64,000 nt of DNA, taken from Monocercomonoides exilis PA203 (Eukaryota > Protista > Preaxostyla). Under the pieces are notes generated by a model. That model did not search any database. It worked only from the letters and a program-made list of their open reading frames with translations, and had not been told where the DNA came from. This document shows, one piece after another, positions 9,371 to 22,476 of the stretch. Position numbers and translations under genes: made by a program. Position 1 is the stretch's first letter. Each line of letters begins with the position of its first letter. The stretch spans positions 496,001 to 560,000 of the forward strand of contig LSRY02000009.1 in assembly GCA_001643675.2 (NCBI GenBank). The letters are read 5' to 3'.

Positions 9371-12300
9371 ATGAAAACAACACAGGCAAGATTGAAATTA
9401 TTTACTTGTATTACAATTTGTTTGATAGCTTCTTGCGGAAATATTTTTGCAATTCCTCTTGAGAATGGAGATTCATTGCATTTATATAAATTATCAAACC
9501 CTGTTGAAATTACAAAAATAAAAGGGAATTCGATGGAGAAGAACTATTCTAGTATGTATTTTATTGTTTATTCTTTCTCGTAAATACTTGAATATTGAAT
9601 AATTAGGTGCACTTATTAATAATATAAAAATAATTAATTCCACAACAAAAATTTATCAGATTAATTTAAACTATGATACCCCTTCTGCAGCTATTTATGT
9701 CAATGAAAATTCTCAATTTAGAGTTGAATTTTGTTCTTTTGTTGAACATTTTGATCCAGTAATTTTTCCAATTTGCTGTTATGGAAGTGTTCATTTGAAG
9801 AATATTTCTCTTGTTACAAAAACACATAATTCCTTCCATTCTTCATTATCTCACACAAATGGCTATTCTAAAGATGTGTTAAATGGAGATCTTCATATCA
9901 CTTCATCATCTTTTTCTTCTTTTTCTACTCTTTCGAAGCCATTTTTATTTTTCGCTTCATTTCCATCACTAAGATTGAGCTTATCATCATTTGATAACAT
10001 CACAACTCCCTCTTCTTTCAACCCTGCTACATTTTTTACCACTTCATTTTTGACTTCTTCAATTAACAGCTGTTCTTTCAATTCTGTCACTGATGTTCTA
10101 ACGGGAGGCATTTGTTTGCCAATAAATACCCCTTCTCATTCATTTGCATCCTTCAACAATTCATACACAAAATGCACACGATCTGGAAAAGCCAACACAG
10201 CATTCTCTGGCGAAGCAGGAAGGCAAGTCATCGCAGCAACAGCCTCCTTCGATGAAGACACCTTCTTCCAATGCACTGGCAGCGACGGCGGAGCCATCAG
10301 CGCGTCCGGCCAAGCAACAGAGCTGTCTATCCACCACTGCACATTCGAGCGCTGCAAAGCCACTGCCGGCTCTGGCGGTGCAATCAACTGCAACTCTATT
10401 TCCTCTCTGGACGCGACTGACTCCATCTTCCGCAGCTGCGAGGCGCCCAGTGGCAGCGGTGGAGGAATCTGCACAACTTCTCTCTCAAATTCAGTGCGTG
10501 TGGCAGGCTGTCTGTTTGAGCAGTGCAGCGCATCCTCTCACGGTGGAGGTGTGTCCCTTACGCAGTCGACTGCTATCCCCCAGAACATGACACTGGATTC
10601 TGTGCGGTTGGAGCATTGCTCTGTCAAAAGTGTGTGCGGAGGCGGGTTTTACTGCGACAGCGAGCATCTGGCGCTGGTGATGATGTACTGCCGCACGTGG
10701 AACTGCTCAGCGCTGCAGTTGGGAGGAGGGATGATGTGTGTGTTCAGGCAGAGCTCAACAGCAGCCAATGCTGTGTTCCGCGCATGCGGGTGGTGGGACA
10801 ACAAGTACAGTGGCAGCAGCAGCAGCAGCCAAAATGCAATGAAAGGGAGCGACATCTACTTGGCAGTGGGAGAGACGGGGCTGTTCCAGTCGAGGAACCC
10901 GTTCAATCAGTCGTTTGTGGTCAGAAGCGACTGGCAAACAAGAGCAACGGCGTGTATCAGGAGAGACACTGAAGAGGATGTGCGGGCAGATTGGCTGCCG
11001 TACCGCTGGCTGGAGGTGTATGTGGACGGCTCCTTTGCAGCAGAGGCAGACAACGCAGGGTGCGGCTGGACGGTTGAGACTGCATGTGCAACGATCAAGC
11101 AGGCGCTGCTTAAAGCAGAAGTTGGCAAGGAAACGAACATCAGACTGGAGAATGAGGTGTCTCCAGCATGTCCTATTGATTTTGGTGCGAGGACGATCCA
11201 TCTCATTGGCCCTCTCGGAGACACGTGGATGAGCTCATCCAAATTGGACAGCTTTGTGTGTGGAAACGGCATCAACGCTGTCCTGCACGTGGCACAAGGC
11301 ACACTCACCGTGGAGAACTTGAACTTCCGCCACAACCGCGCCACAAACCCGTCCCCATCGCTGCTGCTGCTTTCAGGGGCAGGAGGACTGCTGCAGATCA
11401 ACAGTACTCAAGTGGAAGGCTCGCTGTCATCGACATTTGACCGCCCACTCTTCGACGTTCAGGCAGGCACTTTGCTGCTGTACGGGATGCTCCTGTCGAA
11501 TGTTGTGCTGACAGGTGCCTCGGTCATCAGCCTCTCTGGCCGTTCTGCTGTCTCATTCACACTCAGCAGCGGGAACTACTCGAATGTGACAAGCGAAAGC
11601 AACACACCGCCAGTGTTGGATGCCTCGTTGTATGCCGCTGACTACTTTCTACTGTTCAACAACACCACATTCGGAGACATCAACGCTGCTAATTCCAAAC
11701 ACGGAGGCTGCATCGCACTGAACTTTGCGTATTCTTCTTCTTCATCGAATCCTTCTGCTGTCGTGTTCAACAAATGCCGGTTCTTTGCGTGTTCTGCGTC
11801 TGTCAGCACACGAGCAGGCGATGAAGGATATGGCGGGGCAGTCTATCTCCTGCTCAGCCGCGACTGCACCACGCCGATCTTCTCTAAGGACACCTCGTTT
11901 TATTTCAGCAGCGCCGAAGCAGGGCCAGCCACTCCGCAGCAGAACAACGCAACAATTGGGCGTGATGTCTTCTTGCAGGCGCCGTCATTGCTAGCCAGCG
12001 TAACCAATGCCACATTCCCGTTTGCCCTGAGCAGCTCTTCCATCCACACGAAGGACAATGCGCTTTTTGGTACAGACAGCCAGATCTTTCGCGATGTGGA
12101 GATAAGCCTGCTGTGGATTCTGGAGGGCTACTACGAAGCACGTTTCTACTTCGACGCCACAACACCCTTTGGGGATGAGCGGTGGTGTGGAGACGAAGCT
12201 TTTCCTTGTGAGACAGTGTCTTCAGTGGTTGAGCGAATATTAACACGACATTCAGAAGGAGAACTGAATAAGATCGCGTTCTGCATCAAAGGGGAGACGG

Positions 12301-15300
12301 CTATTGTGAAGCACTCAGTTATATTTAGAGTGTCGATAGAGCCAGCGGCTGGTTCTTCTGCTTCTGCTTCTGCCTCTTCTGCTTCTTCTGATTCTGATTC
12401 TTTGATTTCGCCTTCTGCTGATGGAACTTCCAATAAGTTTCTTTCAGATGAAAAAATAATCGATTCCTCTATTTCTTCAGTCAAACCATCATTTTCATCA
12501 TCGTCTTCTTCTTCTTCTTTATCATCCGCATTTTCCTCTTCTTCTTCTTCATTCAACAGACCCTCCAACCCCGCCTCAGCCACGCTCCGTCTGGACATCT
12601 CTGCCTCCTCCACCTCAGAGCACGAGCTTATCATCACAGGCGCATCAGGCTCTGTGAATTCACTGGAGCTCTCCAGCATTTCTCTGCTCATCGACTCTGC
12701 CTCTGGCTGCTCGCCCAGTCTGAAGACAATCATCTACGTGAATTTCCCGGCAGCTGTGCTGCTAATCAGCAAGTGCCACTTGTCATCGGCTCAGTCCAAT
12801 GCAAATTTTGGTGTTCCTTTCGTCACAGCAGACACAGGCACACTCGAACTGACAGAGTTTGTGTTGAATGCGCAGATGTTTGCGTGCTCTTGCTTTGTGA
12901 TCCGTTCAAATGACCCGCAGAGGTTTGACTCCTGCACATTTGCCGGCAACACACAGGAGAAAGATCCCTGGTTCGTGATATCAGAGCCAATCACAAGCTC
13001 CGTTTCAAACAGAAAACAGCAGAGTTTCTATGATTCCTATGATTCCTATGATTTCTTTGGAAATAACCAAAACTCTCACTCAGAAAGCAACGCAGCAGCG
13101 TCTGTGACATACCAAAACTGCACGATAAACTCTGTTCAGATTCCGAACAGCAATTCTCCCTCATTTTTGTCGACATCGCACCACATCGACCTCAGCCTCA
13201 TCCGCTGCAACATCACAAACACACTTTCTTCTTCATCAGAAGAAGGAGGAGCGTTCAATGTGACGCTGCTGTCAGAAGGGAAAATGACAGTCACAAGCTG
13301 TCTGGTGGAGAACTGCTCAGCGGAGACACACTCGAAAGGGAAAGGCGGTTTTTTGCATCTGCACTGCCTCGCAAACACAGAGCATTTCGTCTTTTCAGAC
13401 GTCAGTTTCGTCGGAAATGCTGCGTTTTTGGGCAAAAACGTGTTTGTTTCGTGCTCGGACTTGAATGAAACAGTGAACGGAATCACTTTCAACTTGGATT
13501 TGTCTGAATGGACGGAAGATTTATTGGCATTTTCTGGCAGCGACACAAAGCAATTTACCACTCCAATTGATCTCCTTTCGTTTCTCATTGATTTCTCGTC
13601 TGATTCTGTTTATGTGTCGCAAAAGGGTTTTGACGTAGCACGGTGCGGAAGCGAAAAACTGCCATGTTCATCGTTTTTCACTGGATTTATCCATTCATCT
13701 GCATATTCTTCACAGAAGAGGACATTTTACTTGGAAATATCGACAAAAGTGGAAGATTCATATGATTTGTCCAACTGTTCCATTGTGAAAAGCGGGGGTG
13801 GAAGCACAGCGTCATTGAACTTGGCCTCAGAAATCGATGGCAATGACTCCACGCCAATCATAACGAACAGTGAAAATCTTCTTCTTGATTCAATTGCACT
13901 GTCTGCTCCAGCAACATTTACGTATGTTCAGAAAGTGCTTATTCAATCAGCATCTCTTTCTGATGGATTGACACTTAATAAATGCTCGTTTTCCGTTCTA
14001 AGTTCTTCTTCTTCTTCGGTTTTTATTCCATTTTCTTTGGTATTTGCAACAAGTGGATTTCTGAACATCACTCAGTTCACATTAGATAAGTCATCATTCT
14101 CAACTCCTGTTTTTATTATCACTCAAATTGTTCAAGCGAACATTAACTCGATGAATGCATCATCAATCACAATTGCCAATGCTTCGTTGTTTGCATTGCC
14201 AGCAACGACAACCGCACAAACAATGAATGCTTTCTCTTCCACTCTGACTTTTGAAAACTGCCATTTTGATTCTGTGAACATAACATCAACCTCAACCACG
14301 TCTTCAGGCACAAGCACAAGCACAGCTCTTTCTTCTCTTATTTCTAACACGCTTTCATCAGCTCTTGTTCTGTCCAACTGCTCATTCCACAGTTGCTGCT
14401 CGTCTTCATGTGCAGAAGGAGGAGGGATGCGTATTAAGTTGGATTCTGGCGGCTCACTCAGTTTGAAAGGAGAATCTGAAAGTGCTCTTTCGGAGATCGT
14501 TTCGTGTGCCTGCTCAGCGTCTGCTGGCAAAGGCGGGTTTTGCTATCTCGAATGCATTGACACGAATTTGGATTTTACTTTTTCAGCTCTCCTTTTCAAT
14601 GAGAATAAAGCAAAACAAGGCAAAAACATGTACATCAAGTGCGATGACCTGTCCAGCGCAATAACAACTTATCGCTTGGCATTCAGCTTGGACAAATGGC
14701 TGAACGACATCAATGGCTTTGTTGGCAGTGACGATGGAGATTTCCCTGCAGACGAGCCAATGGACTTGCTATCGTTCCTTGTGGAGTACTTCAATGCCTC
14801 TATCTCTGTGTCTGCCAGCGGGGTGGACGTTTTGAGGTGCGGCTCACGCTTCATTCCTTGCCAGACGCTGAAAACAGGATTTGCGCACATGCCTAAGGAA
14901 GAAGGGGAGAAGCAGCTGTTAATCACTAATTCGACAACTGTATCGTATCAGTTGGACTTGTCAAACGTGACAATGTGCTCATCCACAAAAGCTAGTGCTG
15001 AGCTTGTTTTTGACTCTTCTCTGGACTCGTCGGACGCAATTGGAGAATTGCTGTCAAATAGCGAAGTTCTTATCTTTGACTGCTTATCTTTCTCTCTTCC
15101 CTCAGTTTTTACTCCACTTTGTGAGTGCCTCATACGTTCTGTGTCTGGCTTACTCAGTCTTCTCTCGTGCGATTTCAATCACAAAGAAGGCGATGAGGAT
15201 CCATTGAACTATTCTTTGGTGAGTGTGGTGTCTGGAACAGTGCTTTTGGATGAAACTATCATTCGCTCTGTCTCTTCTAACACTCCGCTGATGCTGCTGA

Positions 15301-18300
15301 GTCTATCTGCTGTGAGTGGAGTGATCACTCGATGCACTTTTGACAAGTTAAATGTTTCTGGTTCTTTGATATCTCTTGTTCCTTCTAATGCAAATGGTGA
15401 TATCTTCACTCTGAATGTGAGAGAAACCAACTTCACAAACTTGAATGAGACTTCTTCATCTTCATCTTCTCCACCAGAAGGAAGCAGCGTCATCTTCGCA
15501 CTCAGCACATTCACACAGTCAGCCATCGCTCTGTCGAACTGCACAATTGCCAATTGCAGCAGCCCTGCCTGCACCAAAGGTGGTGCGATGCTGATGTCAC
15601 TGCCACATTCCAACAGCTACTTCGAACTTGTTGATTGCGCACTCATTCACTGCAGCTGCAACACAGCTAGCGGAAACGGTGGCTGCCTCTTTCTCGACTG
15701 CCAGTCGCCTTCTTCTCCGTCTCTCTCTCCTTCGCCGCTGCATCCGATTCTACCGTTTCTGCTGAAAAACCTGAGGTTTACTGGAAATTCGGCATTGACA
15801 GGGAAAGATGTGTACATTAACTGCACTAGTTTCAGTCACTTGCTGTATCTCAATTTCGAGTTGGATGTTACTCAACTGTCTGAAAACTGTTCAACTTCTT
15901 CTTCTTCTTCTTCTTCTTTTTCAATCTACGTCAACGCAACCTACGACACATCTCAACTGTGCTCGCTCCTCCAGTTCTATCGAGCCAGTGAAGTCTACAT
16001 CCAGTCAGATAGCAGTGAAAGTGGAAGTGAAAGTGGAAGTGGAAGAGGAAGCAGAAGAATCAGTAACAGTTATATTAACAGTTATATTAACTGTAACAGT
16101 AACAGCGGAAGCGACAGCAACAGCTGTGGAGCGCAAGACACACCCTGCCGCACACTTGAGGAAGGAGTGCGGCATCTGTCAGACAGCGGAGCAAGAAAGG
16201 TGCATCTGATGAGCAATGTGACTGTGCTGCACCCGACAGCATTCAGCAGCCTTTCTTTGGTGCGCAGCAGCTCTGAGAGTGTTGCGATTGCGTTTTCACG
16301 CCAACTGGCAATTGAAGACGAGGCAGCGGTGCTCATCACAGGAAGCGTGAACATTGCAGACTTTGCGTTTTCACTGGGGATCATCGCTTCTTCTGTCGAC
16401 AAAGCGCTGATGCTCCAAAAGAGCGGGAATTTTGTTGTTGATGGCTGTGTCTTTTGTGCGGCTTCTGATTCTCGATGGCTGGATTATGCGGTGATTTCGG
16501 TGGAGTCAGGCACTTGCGAGATTGTCGGATCGACTGTGTCCAATCTCGAGCTGAGAAGCGCTTTTCTAACGACTACAAGTACGTCTGCTCAAAGATCAAG
16601 AACTGTAAAGTCGTTTTGCTCTTCTTCTTCGTCTTCTTCTTCTTCTTCTTCGTCGTCGTCTTCGTCTTCTTCTTATTTATCTACTTGTTCATCTTCATCT
16701 TCATCTTTACATTCATCATCATCATCATCATCATCATCTTCTTCTTCTTCTTCTCCTTCCTCAATCAATGCCGACCGGAGTGTGATTATCACAAGCACCG
16801 ATTTCAGCGACCTCCGCCTCGACCAGTTCTGTCTGTTTGTGTCTGATTCCCTTCTCAGCTTGGCTGACTGCACATTCAACCACATCTCGCTGGAGCTCAA
16901 CAACACCATCATCGACAGCAGCTGCTGCCATTTGACTTCTCTTCATTCATCGTCTTCGATTGACTTCGTGTCGTTTTCGGGTGTGGCGTACAATAATCCT
17001 GTGCTTGACACAGAAAAGTCCATTCATGTACTCACTGTGAGCAATTGCAGTGGGGCTGCTGTGTCAATCAGCAGGCTGAGCATTCAAAACTGCGCACTTC
17101 CGCTGAAAAGAGGCAATCTTGCTGTGTTTGAGAGGTGCGATGCTCTGTCGCTGGAGAAGTGTGTGTTTGACAATGAGCAGAATCAACAAGCACTACAACA
17201 ACAACAACTGCAGCAGCAAAAATTGACTCACTCACAGAGAAATAATGTCAATGAAGAGCAACTTTTAAGCAGTGAAGACTCAGCCCTGTGTGGATGGACA
17301 GGGTCGATGGTTGACTTCATCAGCTGCCGCGCTGTTCTGACCGACGTGCAGTTTCTGAACTCGCCTGAAGGAGCTGTCTATCAGGATTCAGGCAACATGA
17401 CACTCACAAAGTGCTCCTTTCAGAAGAACTGCCCTTCGTTCCCTGCTTATCCAAGTGCACAGCGCAACCTTGTCTGTGAAGGTGGTACGTTGAGTGTGTA
17501 TTCGCCAGTCGCAAGCGATTCAGGGGTAGACGGGGATTCGCATTGGATATCGAGTCTGGGATGCAGTCTGCAGGGCGATGCAGAAGTCAACCGCGCTCCG
17601 CTGTTTTCCCCTGTGATTGGCAGCGCAGTGGCGACACTTGAAGAAGATGGGGCTGTGAAAGTGGCAATCACTGGAAGGATGATGATTCCATGCAACTTGT
17701 CATTTGAGCTCAAGTCGAAAGTGGATGACATCGAAAAGCTGACAGCATGTGAAATCACAAGCTTTGTGAATGAGACGTATGTGATTGGAGCAATCCCGCT
17801 GAACTTGTATTTGAGTGCAACATCAGCAAATAACATTGAAATCCGGCTGCGCTTCTTTGCGGCTCGGGAGCATCAAAACAACAAGCACGTCATTGAGACG
17901 TCTGCATTTGCCATGTTGACTGATTCAGTGGATCCGTCTCTGCGCATCAAGCCTGCGGCTGCTGAAGAGCCAGACGCCATTCGACCGATCTTCATTGCGT
18001 TTCTGGTTGTTGTGTGTGTGTTAGTGGCTGTGCTGGTTGTGCTGGTTGTTCTTGTTGTCTGTTATGTGCAGTCGCATCGTCGTTCCTCACAAGCAGAGGA
18101 AAAAAGAGTGCTGAGGGAGAAAGAGCAGAGCAGGAGACGCTATGAAAACGATAGAAATTCTTCGAATGCTGCAAAGAGAAGCAAAGCAAAGCCAATTGAA
18201 CAGAAACAGAGGCAGCAGCAACAACAACAGCTGGATGGCTCCTCTTCAACCACACTGCTTCTGCCAGTTAGGGATGATTCATTGGCAGATGATGATTCAA

Positions 18301-19400
18301 TTCCTCAGATGAATTCTTCTTCCTCTGCTTCTTCCTCTTCATCATCATCTTCTTCTTCTTTTCCTCTCTCTCCTTCCTCCTTGTCCATGTCTCAGAGCCG
18401 AAGAGAAATAGAAATGGTTCCAATGGAATCCACCAGCTCGCCTGCTTCTTCAGACGAGTTAGATTTCATTGATGACTCATCCACACCCACACCCACACCC
18501 ACACTCACAAAGGAGCAGAAAAAGAGGAACAAAGAGAAACAACAACAACAACAAAAGAACAGAGAAAAAGCTATTTCGATTGCGAAAGAAAGCGGAAAGG
18601 GAAGCCAAAGGCGTTCGTTGGATGAGTCAGCAGACAGTTTTGTGCCATCAGAAGAGATTGAAATGAAAAACACAAACTTCGAATCGGATGGATTTGGAAG
18701 GCAAACCCACAATTTGGCACAGGAAATGAGCGCACGAACAGAAGATGCCTCGCCTCCTTATTCTCCCCCGCTTGCTTCTTCTTCTTCTTCTTCCTCTTCC
18801 TCCTCCTCCTCCTCCTCTTTATTGAGGCAACAACAGCAGCAGCAGCAGATGAAGAGTCTTCTTCAGTCTTCTGATCCTCTTCTCACTCAGAAAGACAAAT
18901 TGCCTCGTTCTCAGCCGTCTTTTGCAGTTGCCTCGCCTTTCTCGCCTTTCATAGGCACTGATCAAAACAGCACAGCTCCTTTTAACACACAGAACGGAAA
19001 GAATTCTTCTTCTTCTTCTTCTTCTTCCTCTCTTTCTTCTTCCTCTTCTTCCTCCTCCTCTTCTTTCTCTTCTCCAGCAGCCCAGCTCCTCAGAGGAGCA
19101 AGGCCAATGAGCATGTCACAAGCACAACTACAGACACAGCTTCAATCATCACCTTCTTCTTCACCTTCTTCTCCTTCTCATTCTTCTTCTTCTTCGCCGC
19201 TCCATCCTCTTTCTTCTCAGCACTCTTCTTTTCATTCACGGCAGCTTTCTTCACATCGGATAAACTCTCGCCTTAATTCCCAACCTCCGCAAAAAGGATC
19301 TTTTGCCGGCTCTCCCTTAACAAACAGCGTTCAAAGCCCAAACTCTCCGGGAAACCAACTGCTTTATTCTCCAACTTCATTGAGAGCGCGGCATGATTGA
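9371..19400 (+). CDS. Giant (~3324 aa) type-I surface protein: signal peptide, GGAI/beta-helix (Pmp/pectin-lyase-like) repeats, five 'CG...C' modules, TM, Ser/Gln-rich cytoplasmic tail; join(9371..9551,9607..19400)
   Basis: A 55-nt intron GTATGT...TTAG (9552-9606) joins the signal-peptide ORF in frame to the 3201-aa ORF. Repeated GGAI/GGG and N.A..G.D.F motifs; TM IFIAFLVVVCVLVAVLVVLVVLVVCYV. Confidence 0.88.
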
Positions 19401-19928
19401 TCCTTGTGTTATTATGCTTCTGCCTTTCATAAAAATTATGGATAATAGTTTTTAATTTTAAACATTTTCGAGAAGCGGTTTGTTTTTTTTGGTTTTATTT
19501 CTTCCATTTTTTTTTAATAAGTATTTTAATTTTATGCAATAATTATTTGCATAAATTATATTATTCACCATCAAAATTTAAAATGGAATCTTTATATTTA
19601 TTGATTATTTTTAAGATCAATCATTCACGAAGGGAAAAAAGAAAATGATTGAAAAATGAAACATTATTTTCATATTCTGCTTTTATAGCGAAAAGTGTAC
19701 AACACATTTTATTCTAGAAAATGAAGTTAACATTTCGAAGTTTGATATTACAGATTTTAGTCATTTTTTTTGCGAAGTTTGATGGTTTTTTACATCATGT
19801 CATTCCAAAAAACACTGTAAATGCTGCTGATTACAAACATATTTGTTGAAAAGTAATTGACAACAACTAAGGTTTGTTTATTTTAAATTAGGTTACGCTT
19901 GTTAAATTTTCCCTGAATTTTAGTATTA

Positions 19929-20618
19929 ATGTTGAACATTCTTTTTTCATTTGCAACACTCGTGTCTTGCCAATGCTATGATTTTGGATCTTCATTCCCA
20001 TCGTTCTCGTTCCCGTCATTTTCATCGGGATGCGGCGGAAGCTCATGTGCTTCATCTCCATCTCCTTGCTCTGCTCCTTCCCCTTGTGCTTCTCAGACAA
20101 CATTTGTTGTTCCAACAACATATGCTGCCCCATCACCATGCCAGCTCCCACCCCCACCAAGACAAGACTCTGCGTCAGATCGCTTCAACTTCCACCGTGA
20201 TGCAGCTAACCGCCAAGCCAACCAGGATTGCATGAGGGCCAACGGAAATTGCCAAACAAGCAATGCACGAAATGCTGATGTTGCCAATTGCGACAATGCT
20301 AGAGTTAAGGCTGATGCTGATCTTCGCTCAAAGAACAACCGCTTCACTGAATCAAACTTCGATGAAGTTTTGTGCCACAAGAAGAAGGCACGCACAGAAT
20401 GCGGTGACTCATCTGCACGCACAGCCAATGTGGATATGGATGCCGGAAAGAGCTGCCGTGCTGCTCAAAATTATAACGACAACTCTCAGAACCAATTCTG
20501 TGCTGGCCGTGATAACAGCTGCCGTGCTGAAGATAGCTGCCACAGCGATGCTAATGCATGCAATGCACGCTCGTGCTACACAACCCCACGTGGATGCAGC
20601 TGCGGATCAGCGTTCTAA
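19929..20618 (+). CDS. Secreted Cys/Asn/Asp-rich hypothetical protein (229 aa)
   Basis: Clean ATG-TAA ORF in an AT-rich background, with an N-terminal hydrophobic signal-like stretch, a Ser/Pro/Cys region and a repetitive N/D/A/C C-terminus. Confidence 0.85.
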   Translation: MLNILFSFATLVSCQCYDFGSSFPSFSFPSFSSGCGGSSCASSPSPCSAPSPCASQTTFVVPTTYAAPSPCQLPPPPRQDSASDRFNFHRDAANRQANQDCMRANGNCQTSNARNADVANCDNARVKADADLRSKNNRFTESNFDEVLCHKKKARTECGDSSARTANVDMDAGKSCRAAQNYNDNSQNQFCAGRDNSCRAEDSCHSDANACNARSCYTTPRGCSCGSAF

Positions 20619-20876
20619 ACCAATAGTCTATTCAGATTTACAATCAATTTCATTTTAATTTTTTGAACGGAAAAAGCAAAGCAACTTTATTCAATAACAA
20701 AAATTTTTGTCAAAAACACATTTATAAAACACGAAAAACATAAAAAAGAAAAGAAAAGAAAAGAAAGAAACGATAACACTGCAATTTACACAAACATGAA
20801 GTGATTTGCTTCTAATAGTTTTGTGACGAATGAAAATGAAGTGAATGGGGTATGCTTCCATTTCTGACGCAATTCT

Positions 20877-22136
20877 TCACCTTGGAAAAAAAGATTTTTT
20901 GAATAAACTTTTTTCAAAATCGTCAAATCTATCTTTCATATTCTTCCTTTGTCTCGATTCCTCTTCAACTAATTCCTCGGATCTAAATACTTTCCATATG
21001 AAAATTTTTTCATCGGAAGTTCCAATCATAACTTTTTCTCCGGTCGGACTAAGTGTAAGAAATAGTGCTTTTGACTTTACTCCTTCCATGTTCGCCATTA
21101 ATTTCATAGAAGGATAATTCCATACGCTCACTGAAGGCTCTGGATCGCTATGAATTGTTATGACCTCTTTTTCTTTAGGAGCGCAGTCAACACCACATAT
21201 CTGACCCTGTGTCTGAATTGAAGAAGCAACGCAACCCTTCAACAGATCCCAAAACAGCAATCGACAGTCAGCACCACCTCCTCCCGTGACCAGCATCATC
21301 GGATCCCAACGGCACCAACAAAGCGCTTTCACTGCAGCTGTGTGCGATTGCAATGCAAGCTTTGACTTTTCCAAGTTGCGATGGTCAAATAAAAAGACTT
21401 TACCATTATTTCCTCCTGAAGCTAAGTGAAGACGATCAGGCGACCATTTGAGGCAGCATACTTCGTCAACATGCTCACTCACGCTTGAAATGAGCGCCTC
21501 TTTTATGCGCAAATCCCACAAACAAATTTTTGAATCAGAACTTCCTGTTCCCAATGTCAATCCATTCCAATCAATAGAATTTATACGTCCGGAATGCCCT
21601 TTCAAAGTTCTTAATTGTTTTTGCTGAGAAACATCAAAAATTCTAATTTCCGAATTTTCAAATCCAGCTGCAAGAGCAGAATTAAACGAATTGTCATCCC
21701 ACTTTACGCAGCTTACTTCAGAAAGTGGATCGTCTTCCGTCCTATTAAGTTCAGTAGTTTTGCTAGAAACATGAGCCCAGAGGTATATAGTCTCTCCAAG
21801 TGCTATTGCAGCGATATCCTCATTGCCCCAATCCAATATATTGTGATCTTTAACGAAAAAAACATGATTTTGTTATAAGGAAAAAAAAAACTTTCATACA
21901 GAAATTTTGAGAAATATCTGTAAATTTAGCGAAATTTTTAATTCATGCATTAATGGTATTTGGAAATAGACGAATAATAAACCTGGAGCATCAAGAATTC
22001 TTTCAGGATTTGTATCAATTGTTCTAAGTGATGTGAGAGTTGAAGCTTGCGACTGTATCTTGTATGGCGCTGCTAAAGAATTTAAATCAAAGCAATATTT
22101 AGGGGAAATGAATCTTATAAAACGATCTTGAAGCAT
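20877..22136 (-). CDS. CDC20: Cdc20/Fizzy (Cdh1)-family APC/C activator, WD40; complement(join(20877..21847,21900..21917,21983..22136)), ~380 aa
   Basis: C-box-like DRFI; after splicing, ERILDAP-DISQNFY-HNILDW; HSGRINSIDW, LASGGN, HTAAVKALCW and VTGGGGAD WD40 motifs; two GT-AG introns (65 and 52 nt). Confidence 0.85.
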
Positions 22137-22476
22137 TTAAATTCGTTTTTTCCAAAATTACTAAACCATATTAAATTTTCAAATCGAATTGAAAAATCAG
22201 ATGAAATTTCATTTTTGAAAAGGAGTTTGTTTGATGCAAAATGCTTATTGCATAAATTTACAAATGGAAAATGGAAGTATAAAGCTTGCGTGAATTACGT
22301 TCACTTTCAACATGAATGAAAAAGTATTGAAATTGAGTTACACCATTAACACGATTTGTATTTCAAAATTGTTAAAGTGACTATTCGAAATATATCTAAT
22401 TTTTAATTTTTTTCAATTTAATATATATATTGTTATAAATTGGTATATGGTTGAATGTCAGAAAGTGAAGAAAATA

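Noticed and set aside
9893-18712. Many antisense and alternative-frame ORFs overlapping the giant gene
   Set aside because: Shadow ORFs caused by codon bias and TCT/CAG repeats; no independent motifs.
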